Assembly: GCF_035594765.1 (NCBI RefSeq)
Contig: NC_085843.1
Coordinates: forward strand, 11,051,955 to 11,115,954
Source of the DNA: Anolis carolinensis
Taxonomy: Eukaryota
DNA: 64,000 bases
Direction: 5' to 3'
The notes beneath the pieces were generated by a model. That model had not been told where the DNA came from. It was given only the letters and a program-made list of their open reading frames with translations, and searched no databases. Of the stretch, positions 49,163 to 60,260 are shown in pieces. The number at the start of each line of letters is the position of its first letter. Position 1 is the first letter of the stretch. Both the position numbers and the translations under genes were made by a program.

Positions 49163-49496
49163 TGACTTTCCCAGTAAGCACCTTAAATGCCTGTTGTTAC
49201 TGCTGTTCTATACTCAAACTTATGGCAAACTTATGATCCTAAGCATCTCTTGACAGGTGTTTGTCTTTTTCTAAATATGACTTGCCCAAGGTTATTTAAC
49301 CAGTTTCCATGACTGAACGGATATTCACACTCTGGTCTCTTGGCATCCTAATCCAATACTCAAACCACTATATCATGTTTTGTTATTGCATGCCTTCAAG
49401 TCATTTTGATTTGTGGTATCCTTCAGACCTACCATGGGACTGAGAGTGTGTGGCTCTCCCAAGATCACCCTACTCAGTCTGGTCTCCAGTGCCATA

Positions 49497-49824
49497 AAGG
49501 TAAAGGTTTCCCCTGATGTTAAGTCCAGTCGTGACCAACTCTGGGGGATGGTGCTCATCTCCATTTCTAAGCCGAAGGGCCAGCGTTGTCCATAGACATC
49601 TCCAAGGTCATGTGGCCGGCATGACAGCATGGAGCACCCATTACCTTCCCGCCGGAGCGGTACCTATTGATCTACTCACATTGGCATGTTTTCGAACTGC
49701 TAGGTTGGCAGGAGCTGGGGCTAACAGCGGGCACTCATTCCGCTCCCGGGATTTGAACCTGGGACCTTTTGGTCCACAATTTCAGCAGCTCAGCGCTTTA
49801 ACACACTGTGCCACCAGGGGCCCC
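49497..49824 (-). mobile_element. Sauria SINE flanked by a 92-bp direct duplication
   Basis: Full length. 49405-49496 is repeated at 49827-49853 plus 50188-50252. Confidence 0.95.
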
Positions 49825-49853
49825 TATTTGATTTGTGGTATCCTTCAGACCTA

Positions 49854-50172
49854 AGGAGCCCCGGTGATGAAGAGCGTTAAAGTATTGAGCTGGAGACCGA
49901 AAGGTCCCAGGTTCAAACCCCGGGAGCGGCGTGAGCGGCCGCTGTTAGCTCCAGCTCCTGCCAACCTAGCAGTTCGAAAACATGCCAATGTGAGTAGATC
50001 AATAGGTACCGCTCCGGCGGGAAGGTAATGGGTGCTCCATGCTGTCATGCCGGCCACATGACCTTGGAGGTGTCTATAGACAATGCCGGCTCTTCAGTTT
50101 AGAAATGGAGATGAGCACCAACCCCCAGAGTCAGTCATGACTGGACTTAACGTCAGGGGAAACCTTTACCTT
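49854..50172 (+). mobile_element. Sauria SINE
   Basis: 15-bp TSD tatccttcagaccta (49839-49853, 50173-50187). Confidence 0.95.
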
Positions 50173-50519
50173 TATCCTTCAGACCTACCATGGGACTGAG
50201 AGTGTGTGGCTCTCTCAAGATCACCCTATTCATCCTGGTCTCCAGTGCCATAGTCCACTGCTAAAACCACTATACCATGATGGCTTTCACACTATCATGT
50301 TGTTTCACTCTAAATACAGGACCCAGTCTCCCCTGGCTTAAGACTATCATTAGAAAAGCATATCATTTGCAGACCTGTTCTGTGTTCTATTTTTAAAAGA
50401 AGGTGCATGGTCTACCACTATGCTTCCAGATGGTTGCCAGGAGACCAAGGCAGGACTGGTACATATGCACAAGAGAGTGCAGCATGTTTAAAACATCTTA
50501 ATTAGCTTTCACACACATG

Positions 50520-51120
50520 TATGAGTCAGCCAACAGCTCAGCTTGGTGGGCTAGGGGAGGGCGGGAGGGGGGGTCTTTCTTTCTTTCTTAAAAAAAATCC
50601 TGGTTGATGACTAAGCGACATCTGTGGGAGCCCAAAGAAACTACAGCAGCAGTATCTGTCGATGGCTAATTGATTTATAAAAATTGCCGACAGACAGATG
50701 TGAACAAACATTCTTGACAAACATAATTATAAATCGGCTGGTGCTTTTAGCAAGAGGGAGGCTTATGAAGCCATACCGTCAGGATAAGTAATGGAGACCT
50801 TGGAAGGCCATTTTTTATTCCCTGAGCAGCCAGTGCTGAACACACCCCACATCTCTCCGTTTTCTCGGGATGCACTGATGAAGAATACTCAGCTACTCTT
50901 CCTTTATTTAAAGCAAACCTTTCTTTTTAAAAAAAAAAAAAAAAAGCAAACTACAGCAGCCTAAGGAAGATCAATCTCCTATAAAGAAGGAAAGGTTTGC
51001 TGTGTGCGCGTGATCATTAATCATTTACACAGCAACACTGCCTTGCTTTCAAGATGGTATGTAAAAGGCGATCCCAATTCAAATGCACAGGAATTGGTGT
51101 GAGCAGAAAGCCACGGTTTG
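50520..51120. promoter_or_regulatory. Candidate developmental enhancer / conserved non-coding element
   Basis: AP-1 TGAGTCA 50522; E-boxes CATCTG 50619 and CAGATG 50695; PBX-HOX TGATTTAT 50671. Repeat-free, with retained CpGs. Confidence 0.45.
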
Positions 51121-51244
51121 GAAGAGATTGAATTTGAGTGGTAAAGCAACTGCTTGATATGGAGGGGATTCCAGGTCAAGCTCTCGGCAACTCTTATTAA
51201 AGGGACCTTGGAGAATTACTGCTCATCTAAGTGGCACATAAGCT

Positions 51245-51890
51245 GCTATTGTTGTTAACTGCTATCAGGTCAACCTCAAAACCTAAGGCAACCTCATGAA
51301 TGAGAGGCCTCCAAGATACTATTTCCTCTCTCATCCTGCTCAGGTCTTGCAGACTCAGGGCCATAGCATTTTTGATTGAGTCTATTCATCTGTCTCCTGC
51401 CAACCTAGAAGTTCGAAAACATGCAAATGTGAGTAGATCAATAGGTACCGCTCCGGCGGGAAGGTATCGGCGCTCCATGCAGTCATGCTGGCCACATGAC
51501 CTTGGAGGTGTCTACGGATAACGCTGGCTCTTCGGCTTAGAAATGGAGATGAGCACCAACCCCCAGAGTCGGACATGACTGGACTTAATGTCAGGGGAAA
51601 CCTTTACCTTTTACCTATTCATCTGTAATGGGGTCTTCCTCATTTCCTATTGCCTTCTACATTGCCAAGTCATGACTTCTTATGATATAGCCAAAGTACA
51701 ACAGTCTCCACTTAGTCATTTTGGCTTCTAGGGAGAGTTCAGCCTTATTTTCCTCTTCAACCCATGTACAGTATATGTTTTTCCATAGTCCACAGTACTC
51801 ATAGAACTCGTTTCCAGCATCACATTTTGAATGAGTTGATTTTTTTTCCAACCAGCCTTCTTCACTGTCCAGCTTTCACAACTATACATA
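51245..51890 (-). mobile_element. Old RTE/BovB-like LINE 3' fragment, split by a SINE
   Basis: Encodes ELSLEAKMTKWRLLYFGYIIR (RTE ORF C-terminus) and has an (aac)n-type tail. Confidence 0.8.
51394..51614 (+). mobile_element. 5'-truncated Sauria SINE
   Basis: 12-bp TSD ctattcatctgt (51382-51393, 51615-51626). Confidence 0.95.
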
Positions 51891-54139
51891 TGGACAGTAT
51901 TCAATGAGGTATAGGTTGTTGTACTTCCATGCTCTACAGGTAGAAAGTCACAGGTTCAACTCATCTCCAGGTAGGGATAATAAGATAACCTTTCTTAAAA
52001 GGTCAGTGTTGCATTCTCACTGAAAGCAGATACATAGCCAGCTACTGTTTACCATCTTGGACATTTGTCTATATATCAAAAATCAAGCAAACAAAAAAGT
52101 GTGGGACTTGGCTGTAAACATTTAATGATATTACTGCCATACCACAATGGTTTGGAGCAATCAGATTGTGCTTTGCTTTTCTTTCTTTCTATTTTGCAAA
52201 AGGCTATTCCAAAACAAAAGAACAAAGGAAAATAAATACAATTTCCTCAGGTCAAGAGTTTGGCACCATGTGTAGTTCATTTGGATCACCCAATGCTAAT
52301 TCTGCCTGTAATCAAGAATATAGGTTTGTACAACATAACAGAGAGGAAAGACACACAAACATTTCCAACTGCAATATAGATACTCAGATGGATGTAATCC
52401 ACCTTTAGAAGGAGGCCCAATTCTATTGTATATTTGGAGAGAAAGAAAAATCACTGATTTCCTTGGCCTTGACCAAAAGGTTTGTCTACAAACATTCAGA
52501 TATCCACAGAAGAAATTATCAGCCATCAGAAGGTTTTTTTTTCTCTCTCCCTGGGACTTCTTTAAAATACAAAATCAATGGCTCAAATCCTACCAGGGAG
52601 TCACGTCTTTGCAAGTGGATTAGTGTCTCCTGGAATTAGAATCAGGCAGTTTCATAACATTCATATCAGTAAAGGGCTGTCATGACATTGCTTACACAGA
52701 AGTGTCAGATATCTGTCTGATGTACAACGAGATTGATGCACATTGGTCTTATTCTGTGTTGGTCCTATTGCCCAAACCAGGCATCTGCAGCATCTTCCAG
52801 GAACTCTGGGGTTGTCCTTGCAGATGATGTGCTTACACCTTGTTCAGCTACAGGAAAACTGCTGGATGCATCTATATTGATCCCTCTGGTCTCCAACATA
52901 ATTGAAATGGCCATATTGGGGACAGGAGCTGAGGTCTGGGAGAAATTTGGTTCTTCCACAGTTAAAACAGAATTCAGATCTACACAATGATCTACTAGCC
53001 ATGTAGAAGAAGATGATTTATTTTCTTCTCCCCTACCACAAATGGTCTACACCGGAGTGGGATTAGGAATAAGATATAAATCAAAGCATTTTCCTCAAAT
53101 TTAGAAATTGATTTCCTTATTTCTCCCCAGTTGGGATTTAGCCTTCCTCTTTAACTGAGATGTCCATACTTTTGAAAATAAGACATAATGCACAAGAAAG
53201 ACAACTGGCAAGAATAATCCAAAGTGCACCATTGTTGTAGATCTGTAAAGCAAAGGTCACATATCTGCTTGTGAGAAGACCTATTCAGATGTTCTAAGGA
53301 AAGTTACCGCAGATATGGGAAGCCATGCAATAAATAGACTAGCCCCCCCCCCCCCCATTTTCTTTAATTTTCATATTTTTTATTGTTGTGTGGCTTGAAA
53401 TCATATCGCAGGTATGATCATCCTATCATGGGGTTTTCTTGGCAAGATTTGCGCAATGGGGGTTTGCATTATCTTATTAGTATGATTTTGCCTAGAGTCA
53501 CCCACTGGGTTTTTATGGCTAAGCAGAGATTAAAATCATGACCTTCCCAAGACTAACTCCAAATTTCAAACCACTGCACCATACTGGCTCTCGTGTTCAT
53601 ATTTATACAGTGACACTATATGGTAACAGTGGTAACACGAAAATAAGGAAGGCACAGCTGTGGCAGGTGGACCTCCTCGTCCCCTCTACACATTTACCTC
53701 TTTTCAGAATCTCTAGATATGGGGAGATTGTTTTTTCACAATGAAATGTTGGAACGTGGGAAATGTCAACGGAAATAAAGGGCTAAATTTTACATTACCT
53801 TTGGGTTCAATTTTTTGCAGATAATGAAAGAGAGAACTCACTACAACGTCACATAGTCCTTTACAATTTATCATCCACCACGGCAAAAAGAGGGCAAGAT
53901 ATTCAACAGTGCCCGCTGGCAATATTTGGTTTTAACACACTGCAAGATGTGCAGGCCCCTCTGTGACATTTTCAAGCAAGTAACCGTTGCTCTAAGGCAG
54001 GGCTCCTTAAACTTTTCCACTCGTGACCCCTTCCCGCCCCAAGAATTTTTCTGTGACCTGGATATATAGGTATATAAAATAGGTATAAAAATTAAACGTT
54101 TACTGATAATAAACCAGCATTTACAAGACTTGCCATAAA

Positions 54140-54575
54140 ACCCACCTGGAGACCTTCTCTTCCAGCCGGCCTACACAGTCAATTTTAATCATGAATTTTA
54201 AACTTGCATCCTGTGTTTTATTCTTTGTTCTGTGTATTTTAATATATATAGAAATTCATTTTAATATTTTACCGTATACATACAAAACATTTACAATTCC
54301 CACCACCAACACGAGGATTGTTTTCTTTTTACATATTCATTTCTTTATAAGACAATCTTTATATCTTTATCTTTATCCATTTTCATCCTATATACTATAT
54401 AACATTTGTATCTTATTTCTTATGGCTTGATCTCCAGATTGATTCATGATATAGTTCTTTGAAATTCATTTTAATATTTGTATTTTATAGAATGTTTACA
54501 ATGATTATGCATTTTCACTATGTTGTAACTTGCCTTCAAGCCACGACAAGAGGCGGGTGAGGAATAAAATTATAT
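54140..54575 (+). mobile_element. L2-type 3' end interrupted by an insert
   Basis: ggagaccttctcttccagccggccta ... tgtaacttgccttcaagccacgacaagaggcgggtgaggaataaaa. Confidence 0.6.
54270..54460 (-). mobile_element. Probable L1 3' fragment
   Basis: 19-bp TSD gaaattcattttaatattt (54251-54269, 54461-54479). The L1 assignment rests on composition only. Confidence 0.55.
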
Positions 54576-54689
54576 TATTCTTATCAATATTATTGCTAAA
54601 CAGGCTAATTTTCCTTTTTATGAAGTATAGCTGAAGTATTTTCTGCAGAATCCACTGTAAGGAGTGGAATCCCACTGGAGCATTGCAGC

Positions 54690-55573
54690 TCACCAAACTA
54701 CCTGGGAGTCATTCTGGACCATGCTCTGACTTATAAGAAGCACTGCTTGAATATCAAGCAAAAAGTGGGTGCTAGAAATAATATCATACGAAAGCTGACT
54801 GGCACAACCTGGGGATCACAACCAGATACAGTGAAGACATCTGCCCTTGTGCTTTGTTACTTTGCTGCTAAATATGCATGCCCACTGTGGAATACATCTT
54901 ACCACATGGAAACAGTGGACATGGCTCTTAATGAGACATGATGCATTATCACAGGATGTCTACGTCCTACACCAATTGGAGAAATTATACTTTTTAGACA
55001 ATACTGCACCACCTGACATGCGTCAGGAAGTAGCAGCCAATAATGAAAGGAACAAGGCACTGACATCTCCAGCCCACCCTCAGATTGGATATCAGCCAGC
55101 AAGCCAATACCTTAAATCAAGAAATAGCTTCCTAAGATCCACTCATAAGAACACCTCAGCAAGCGAGAATCCAAAAGTGGCAGGCAAAAGCCCGGAACTT
55201 CAATCCATGGCTGATACTGGATGAGAAACTCCCACTTGGGTACACAGAAGACTGAGTGTCTTGGAAGGTGCTGAATAGACTGCTCTCTGGAACCATGAGA
55301 CGCAGAGCTAATCTTCAGAAATGGGGCTACAAAGTGGGGTAAATGACATGCAAGTGTGGAGAAGAGCAAACCACAGACCACTTACTACAATGTAGCCTGA
55401 GCCCTGCCACATGCACAATGGAGGACCTTCTCAAAGCGACACCAGCTTCTGGTGTGGCCGGCTTATGGACAAAGGAAATGTAGTATAATGTCAAGTTTCT
55501 AACTTTGGTTGTGTGTGTTTTTAAATATACTATAACTGAATCCTCAATTCGCTTCTGACACGATAAATAAATA
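54690..55573 (+). mobile_element. Vingi LINE 3' fragment
   Basis: Encodes YLGVILD...NIKQKVGARNNIIRKLTGTTWGSQPDTVKTSALVLCY...CGEEQTTDHLLQC with stops and frameshifts. Ends ctcaattcgcttctgacacg(ataa)n. Confidence 0.85.
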
Positions 55574-55594
55574 CATACTCTAAACACTTGAATG

Positions 55595-55760
55595 TAAGTA
55601 AAAGTAAGTAAGACTTTATTTATATACCACCCTCTCTACCCGAAGGGACTCAGGGCGGTTTACAAGCATAAAAACAGCAACATATATTACAAGCAACACA
55701 ATACACACATTATTAAACAAAATTAAAGACCTATACAACTCGTAAAACAGTGAAGACCAT
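55595..55760 (-). mobile_element. L2-type 3' tail
   Basis: Reverse complement reads tgtaaaccgccctgagtcccttcgggtagagagggtggtatataaataaag. Confidence 0.7.
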
Positions 55761-56050
55761 AAGAAACAATCGCAACAACCCGAAGGAACAAGAATACATA
55801 ATCAGATGGGTTGACGAATGTTGTTGCTCATGGATTTGTGTAAATGTCTAGGTGGCATTAAGAAACTTTTTTCAGTTGCCAAGTTTTCACGATCCCAACA
55901 TTAAGCTAAGGAACCCCATTTGGGGTTGGGACTCATAGTTTAAGAAGCAGTGCTTTAAGGGACAGCACATTCCACACAGCAAATAATTATTTAAACCTGA
56001 ATACTACTTCTTATTTCTGAAACCATGGGACCTGTTCACAGTAAAGAATT

Positions 56051-56370
56051 GAGTCCCTGGTGGTGCAGTGGATTAAACCCTTGTGCCGTCAGGACTGATG
56101 ACTTGAAGGTTAGGTTGCTGACCTGAAGGTTGCCAGTCCAAATCCAACCCAAGGAGAATGTGGATGAGCTCCCTCTATCAGCTCCAGCTCCAGCTCCATG
56201 CAGGGACATGAGAGAAGCACCCCACAAGGATGGTAAAAACATAACACCTCCCAAAAAACAAAAACATCCGGGCTTCCCCTGGGCAGAGTTCTTGCAGAGA
56301 GCCAATTCTCTCACACCAGAAGCGACTTGCAGTTTCTCAAGTCGCTCCTGACACACACACAAAAAAAAGA
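56051..56370 (+). mobile_element. tRNA-derived SINE with a Vingi-like 3' end
   Basis: A-box ctggtggtgcagtgg, 3' end ctcaagtcgctcctgacac and TSD taaagaatt (56042-56050, 56372-56380). Confidence 0.8.
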
Positions 56371-56433
56371 TTAAAGAATTATGTAGCATCATGATTCGAC
56401 TTTATCTGCCATGGTTGTTTACTATGGAATCTA

Positions 56434-56586
56434 AAAAAAGGTAAAGGTAAAGGTTTCCCCTGATGTTAAGTCCAGTCATGTCTGACTCTGGGGGTTGGTG
56501 CTCATCTCCATTTCTAAGCCGAAGAGCCGGCGTTGTCTGTAGACACCTCCAAGGTCATGTGGCCGGCATGACTGCATGGAGTGCTG
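56434..56586 (-). mobile_element. 5'-truncated Sauria SINE inside a degenerate Harbinger-like MITE
   Basis: 15-bp TSD ttactatggaatcta (56419-56433, 56587-56601). Confidence 0.9.
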
Positions 56587-57890
56587 TTACTATGGAATCT
56601 AGAAAGGGCCATTTAGGAGTATCAGCAAAAACTCTCCAGTGCTTCAGGAATCCCAGGATTCCACTAGATAGAATAGTATTTCAAGTGGAACAATAATGTT
56701 ATGATTGTGCAGTGTGGATGAAACTCCTTACACACTTGTACCAATATTCGCTCATGTTTAAAGCTGATAAAACCAACACAGAAACATCCAGCACATCAAC
56801 ACATTTGTAGAATCCAGGCATCAAGACAGTCTTCTTTGATGTTCAAATGGGAACAACACTTCCATTTCTATTTCATCAAAGGATTTTAAGTTCATGCATA
56901 AGCCACCTGCATGCTCCTGCCGGAGCCATGCGACAAAAACACACTTTCCAAACCCCAGTCATATTATGCAATATAAGGATGCCAAAGATAACATGCAACT
57001 AACTATGCTACATGATTGCCTTGTCTGAATATGGCTTCTTCACACTTTTTCTCTCCTGTTAAACCCCACCATCTATTTCACCTAGTTCCTTGAAGGTTGT
57101 GTTAAACATGGTGCTAGATATAGCTCAGGCTTTTGCAGCATTCTGTCTTTTGTGTCACATTCTTTTGAATAGGAAAACTTGCTGTCAGAATATTTCCCCC
57201 CATCAATCCATGGCCTGTAAATCACCTCATATGTCTCTGATAACTTTTATAGAACTAATGGGCCCCAGTGGCATTTATTTATGGGTAAATGCTATGTTTC
57301 TAAATACATCAGGATTTTTCAATACCTAAAGACGTCTGTCCGCTGTTTCTCCTCACATTAGGAAGGTGACAGCTGGAAATGCTCTAAATGGAACAGAAAG
57401 GTCTCTGCATTCAAATGTTAATATGGCAATTACCATACCTAGAGATCTATTTAGGGCCACGTTTTGCCTGTTACTCACACTAGCAAGGGAAATAGAGGAA
57501 AGGCCACTGACTCACGTTACCTGTGCTCTGGAGATCATGAGTCAAGGTGAGAAAATATAAAGATCAAATTAATGTCTCCAATATGCATCTTGGCTTCCCA
57601 AGCAAGGAGGGCAAATGCATCATAGGGAAAATTCCATCACATTTCCTATTGCTTCTGCTACAATACACTGGGAATTAATACTGCTTACAAGTCTAGTCCC
57701 AGCAGTTAACTGGGTTAGGGGGATACTTTGGTCTAGAGCGGTCAAGCGGCCAAAATAAGGCAATATAAAAAAAACTGAATCAAAAGTATTCCCCCCTTTC
57801 CTGTTCAACCTGGACAGTTTTAATTGAACATTTTGACTGCCTTAGATATCACTTTTTTTGCTTTCTAAGTCGTGATAGGGAAGAAAAGGT

Positions 57891-58213
57891 GGTAAAGGTA
57901 AAGGTAAAGTTTCCCCTTGACATTAAGCCTAGCCGAGTCCGACTCTGAGGGGTGGGGCTCATCTCAATTTCTAAGCTGAAGAGCCAGCGTCATCCATAGA
58001 TGCCTCCTAAATCATGTGGATGGCATGATTGTATAGAGTGTTGTTACCTTCCCACTGAAGTGGTACCTATTTATCTACTCACATTTGCATGTTTTCAAAC
58101 TGCTAGGTTGGCGGAAGCTGGGGCTATCCCTGTTCCGTGGATTCGAACTGCTGACATTCCAGTCAGCAAGTTCTGCAGCTTACCAGTTTAACCCACTGCA
58201 CCATCAGGGTCCC
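57891..58213 (-). mobile_element. Sauria SINE, older copy
   Basis: (ggtaaa)n tail and TSD agaaa[a/g]ggtgg (57882 and 58217). Confidence 0.9.
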
Positions 58214-58669
58214 ATTAGAAAGGGTGGAATATACATAAAATGATGAATGGATGGTGCATAACTGGTGTTGGCAGGGATCTTGTTTCAACCAATACAGGAT
58301 CTCCAGTCCTAACCCTACCTCTGCAAACCTGATGGAAACACTTTTCAACCTTCTCAATATGCAGCTGATGTTTGGTAAGTAGATTTTGGAGACTGTGGCA
58401 TCATGGCAATAATGTCACCATAGTGACGAAGCAGACATCATGAATATGAAACAGTTACAGATACAGTTTTGTATTCACTAACACTACTGATTCACAATTG
58501 CCATGATTTTACCTCCCCTCAATTTTCTTTAGCAGGCTTCAGTTGCATGGCGAGATCCATCCTGCCAGGGACTGGAGCACAGGTGAATGGCATTTCCATC
58601 AGGCTTGGCGGAGTCAGGACAGGAAGAGTTATGAAGTTAAGCTGCTAAATTAAGTATATTTAACTAAGC

Positions 58670-58888
58670 ATGTGGGTCCTTGGTATCTGCTGGGGTTTGG
58701 TTCCAAGACCACCTCCCCCAATACCAAAATCTTTGGATGCTGAAGTCCTATTATATAAAATGGCACCCTTTAAATAAAGTGACAAAATCAAGGTTTATGA
58801 TTTGGAGCTGTTTTTTGAAATATATTTTAAAGCAGTAGATATTTGAATTTGTGGATGCCAAATCTGTGGGTACGGAGGCCCAACTGGT
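58670..58888. mobile_element. Tigger-like MITE
   Basis: gtgggtccttggtatctgc ... gtgggtacggaggcccaactg; paralogous to 1-435. Confidence 0.65.
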
Positions 58889-59931
58889 ACAGGATCCCAG
58901 TCATTACATTTTAATTAGTTAAAAAAACAACACCAACAAGAAAATACTCACTAGTGCCAGGCCAACTAATTCTGGTGTCAAAAACATCTGGCAAAATTTC
59001 TACATGGATTGGGTTTGTCCGCATAGGACAGATCAAAACTTTACAGATTTTCTTTGACACATTCAAGCTAACCTTTATTTCCTGTATGCTATTCATAGGG
59101 CTTGTGAGTCATCCCCATGGCTGATGCACAGGTATGACAAGCTGGTCCCAGTAATCCCTTCCATTTCCCTTCCGCTTTGCAAGGCACCGCTCTTACCGTG
59201 AGTCATGTTTAAGCCTGCCACAGCTGTTCTCCGTGAACCAGATCCAAACCTGTTCCAACAGTGCGTACAGGCAGTTACTGGGGGCTTTATTGGCTTGAAC
59301 AGGAACTGAACCAGAACAACGTCATTCACAGCCAAGACTAAATTGGACAGAGCCCCAATTTTAGTTATTTGAATCCCATGGCCCACAGAGTGATAACTGC
59401 TCTAAGTGCCGTTGCAGTTTGACAATTCCCAGTGTTGAGTATGTGCTTCCTGAGTGCCAGGGAGACAGGCATGGGTGAGTTGGAGTCTTTCCCCTCCTGG
59501 TTGTGTTTTGAGTGCTTTTACTCTGCTTTTGTGTATAACTGGATTCCCACCTAGCTTAAATTGGTCTAAATCAAACATTCCTGTGGCAATATATGGAACA
59601 TCTGTTTCCTTTCCCCAAAATTTTTGGTATCATCCAAAACCCAGCTCCAAATGGATTTCGTCCACTCTTGTCTCCAGAATAGAAATGTAATTTCCCCTTT
59701 CTTCATTCGCATATGTAAGAATGAAAAATAACAAACTTCCCCCCTGCTAGGTGAGTGTACAAACAAATTTCTTCTATTTTCACCATTTCTTTTAAATTTT
59801 TTGCAATTTTGTGACTTGGCTGTGAAACTTTCACAAGGGGGATTTCTCTGCTCAAAGCATTTTTTTTATACACAAAATACAACAGTTTTGAAGCAAACAT
59901 GTACCATTTTCTGCAAAATACTCTTCACAAA

Positions 59932-60260
59932 GGTAAAGGTAAAGGTTTCCCCTGATGTTAAGTCCAGTCGTGTCCGACTCGGGGTTGGTGCTCATCTCCA
60001 TTTCTAAGCTGAAGAGCCGGCGTTGTCCGTAGACACCTCCAAGGTCATGTGGCTGGCATGACTGCATGGAGTGCCGTTACCTTCCTGCCGGAGTGGTACC
60101 TATTGATCTAATCACATTTGCATGTTTTCGAATTGCTAGGTTGGCAGAAGCTGGAGCTAACAACGGGCGCTCACTCCGCTCCCCAGATTTGAACCTGGGA
60201 CCTTTTGGTCTGCAAGTTCAGTAGCTCAGCACTTTAACACACTGGGCCACTGGAGGCTCC
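59932..60260 (-). mobile_element. Sauria SINE, full length
   Basis: 12-bp TSD actcttcacaaa (59920-59931, 60261-60272). Confidence 0.95.

Larger units (their letters stand above)
53998..55952. mobile_element. hAT MITE expanded by nested L2, L1 and Vingi insertions
   Basis: TIRs cagggctccttaaact / agtttaagaagcagtg. 8-bp TSD ctctaagg / ctttaagg. Confidence 0.75.

Noticed and set aside
52733-52990. Overlapping 85-aa and 64-aa ORFs
   Set aside because: No recognisable homology; open on both strands, consistent with chance.
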